64,000 nucleotides of DNA from Lepidodermella squamata (Eukaryota > Animalia > Gastrotricha): NCBI GenBank assembly GCA_047495785.1, contig JBLDXI010000032.1:744001-808000 (forward strand), read 5' to 3'. The notes below the pieces were generated by a model that was not told the DNA's origin, searched no databases, and saw only the letters and a list, made by a program, of their open reading frames with translations. The position numbers were made by a program, and so were the translations under genes. Positions 62,033-64,000 of this stretch are shown here, piece by piece; the stretch's first letter is position 1, and each line of letters begins with the position of its first letter.

Positions 62033-64000
62033 ATGCATCCTTCAGACTCAATAATATTTGCTCTTCTAACGTTATGTTGCGCTGGAAATGCGGTCCTAGG
62101 ATTGCAAAGCCGGTCCCATGCAAAAACCAAAGTAGCTGGAATCGAAGCGCTTTTCGGAGCTGTCAAACTAGATAATGTTGCAGAAGTAGACGCTATCATC
62201 GAAGCCTACTTTCAGGGCACCAATCTGGCCGAAATTAAAAATTCTTCCGGTTGGAGCCTTCTCCACCAAGCCGCCCTGTACAACAGCACAGAAGTATTCG
62301 AACACTTGCTCCCAGCGGCTAATCGGCCGGAATCTGAAAATGACCTGAGCGATGAAGTAAAAGCAATGATAGAAGCTGTGGATAATCACAACCGTACAGC
62401 TATTTTCTACGCTACTGCTAATATTCAATCACTTCTTATTGATTATTTTGCGGACACTTCGCATCTCGATGCCGACGGCACGCCACTGAGCCATTATCTG
62501 GTTAGGCAGAAAAACTACGCTGCTCTGTCTAACCTTTTCCGACTTCGAGACATCGATCTGGATGTGTTCGAAGGGAAAAGTCTCTCGCATTCAACTGCTG
62601 AATGGGATTTCCCGGAATTTCTCGAACTTGGCGGCTACTTCAATGCTTCTGCAAGCGACGAACATGGCCAAATTCCGGCATGCTGGGCGGCAATTAATGG
62701 AAGCCTGAATTTTGCTCTAGAAATGGTGAAGCGATCGTATCAAATTATCGAAGGTCGTTGTTTTTATGGTAACGGAAGCATAGGCTCGCCTCTTCACGCA
62801 GCTGCTTTCTATCGACATGGGGCTTATGTCAAGCTGTTGTTAGCCCATGGAGCCGGTGTTATGGCTAGAAGCAAGCCGAATTCCGAAACCCCGCTGCATT
62901 CGTTGATTGAAGGAAGCTGCAATGATTGGAAGGATTCTGATTTGGATATTGCCGCCATGCTGTACGACGCCTCATCTGACGTCATAGAAAGCCGCGATTC
63001 GCGGGGCTTGACGCCGTTTCTTCGTGCTGTGTCTTTATCTTGCCTAAAAACGCCCCGAGCATTGTATACGACATTCTCAGCCAATCACAGGGCTGTGGAT
63101 AACAATTTCTATGGCCTTTTCCATCTAGCTTCGGAAAAATTGGCTCCAGATCTGATCACTTTGCCATTTGTGGACGTGAACGCTAAAACGGAGAACACAG
63201 GCCTCACAGCTCTTCATGTTGCAGTCTTGCAACAGAAAAGCGTCAAATTTATTAGGCTTTTGTTGAATCACGGCGCAGAAAGAAATGCAGTTGACAAATC
63301 ACTCAATTCGGCAGTTCATCACGCTATTATAGAAAATAACACTGAGGCATTCAATTTATTTCTCAAAGATACTAAATTCGAATTCAGACTTCGGAATGCA
63401 CAAGGAGAGACGCCGCATCACCTCGCCATTAGGCTCGAGCGACCACACATGGCTGAGCGGATTATCGCTAAACTCGGCAAATCGTTGTTTGATGATGAGG
63501 AGTTTGATGATGAGTTGGAAAACGTTTCAACGCCATCAGTTGAGGAAGGTGAGTTTTCCTTCACTCCTTCCTCCTTCCTCGTTTCAACGAGGTAGGGCAC
63601 TATCCGCCCTGAACGTTTTTCGAGCATAACACTTTTGAGGATGTCTCACAATTAGGCATCACATATAATTCTATTCTTTACGGTCTCGCTTGTTAATAGA
63701 AATGGCCGCAATACGTTCTGCCATTACCGCTGTTTCAGAAGGTGAGATTTCATCATATATTCCTGTATAGTCAGCATAACTTAAAGCCTTGTTCATCGCT
63801 TGTTAGAACTGGCTGAGCTCCATTCCTCTTTTGATGCAAGAAATTGTACACGTAAGTGTCTGCACTTCTTGGTGCCAGCTCATTATACCGCTAATAATTT
63901 CATCAGTTTCAGCATTGTGCAAACAGAAATGCTTGAATGGGGGCACCTGCTGGGCTCGAAATAAATGCAAGTGTGCGAAAGACTGGTCTGGATCCAACTG
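62033..64000 (+). CDS. signal peptide, ankyrin repeats and an EGF domain (partial gene); exons 62033-63548, 63700-63741, 63807-63851, 63913->64000
   Basis: N-terminal IIFALLTLCCAGNAVLG; ANK motifs (GWSLLHQAA, SPLHAAA, GLTALHVAV, GETPHHLAI); phase-1 introns lead in frame to CKQKCLNGGTCWARNKCKCAKDWSGSNC. Confidence 0.8.

Noticed and set aside
63803-63997. Minus-strand 64-aa ORF
   Set aside because: Antisense to the better-supported EGF exons on the plus strand

Overview
Compact, intron-rich genomic DNA from an invertebrate animal (GT-AG introns mostly about 45-60 nt). The ORF track fragments most genes, so exons were joined by eye. Contents from left to right: a tRNA cluster (Gly, Gln, Ala, Leu, plus an Arg-like remnant); a claudin/PMP22-like gene; a squid/hnRNP-D-like gene with an N-terminal SAP domain, head-to-head with TEX2; an MRTF (RPEL) gene broken by a 1.18-kb fold-back duplication and a Crinkler-header-like insert; a 3-LIM gene; an SLC18B1-like MFS transporter; a Crinkler-type REase-fold gene; a HEAT/ARM-like gene; a second tRNA cluster with an RTE LINE fragment; a fold-back element fused into LRRC58; a palindrome built from tRNA-Asn; GW182/TNRC6 with no RRM and a roughly 6.8-kb putative 3' UTR; a catalytically dead astacin-EGF-CUB-kringle gene; and a signal peptide-ankyrin-EGF gene running off the window. 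The most notable items are the extracellular ankyrin-EGF protein, the Crinkler-like genes, the UAGAG-rich putative poison-exon intron of the hnRNP, and the pseudo-astacin. All family assignments come from motif recognition; no database search was run.
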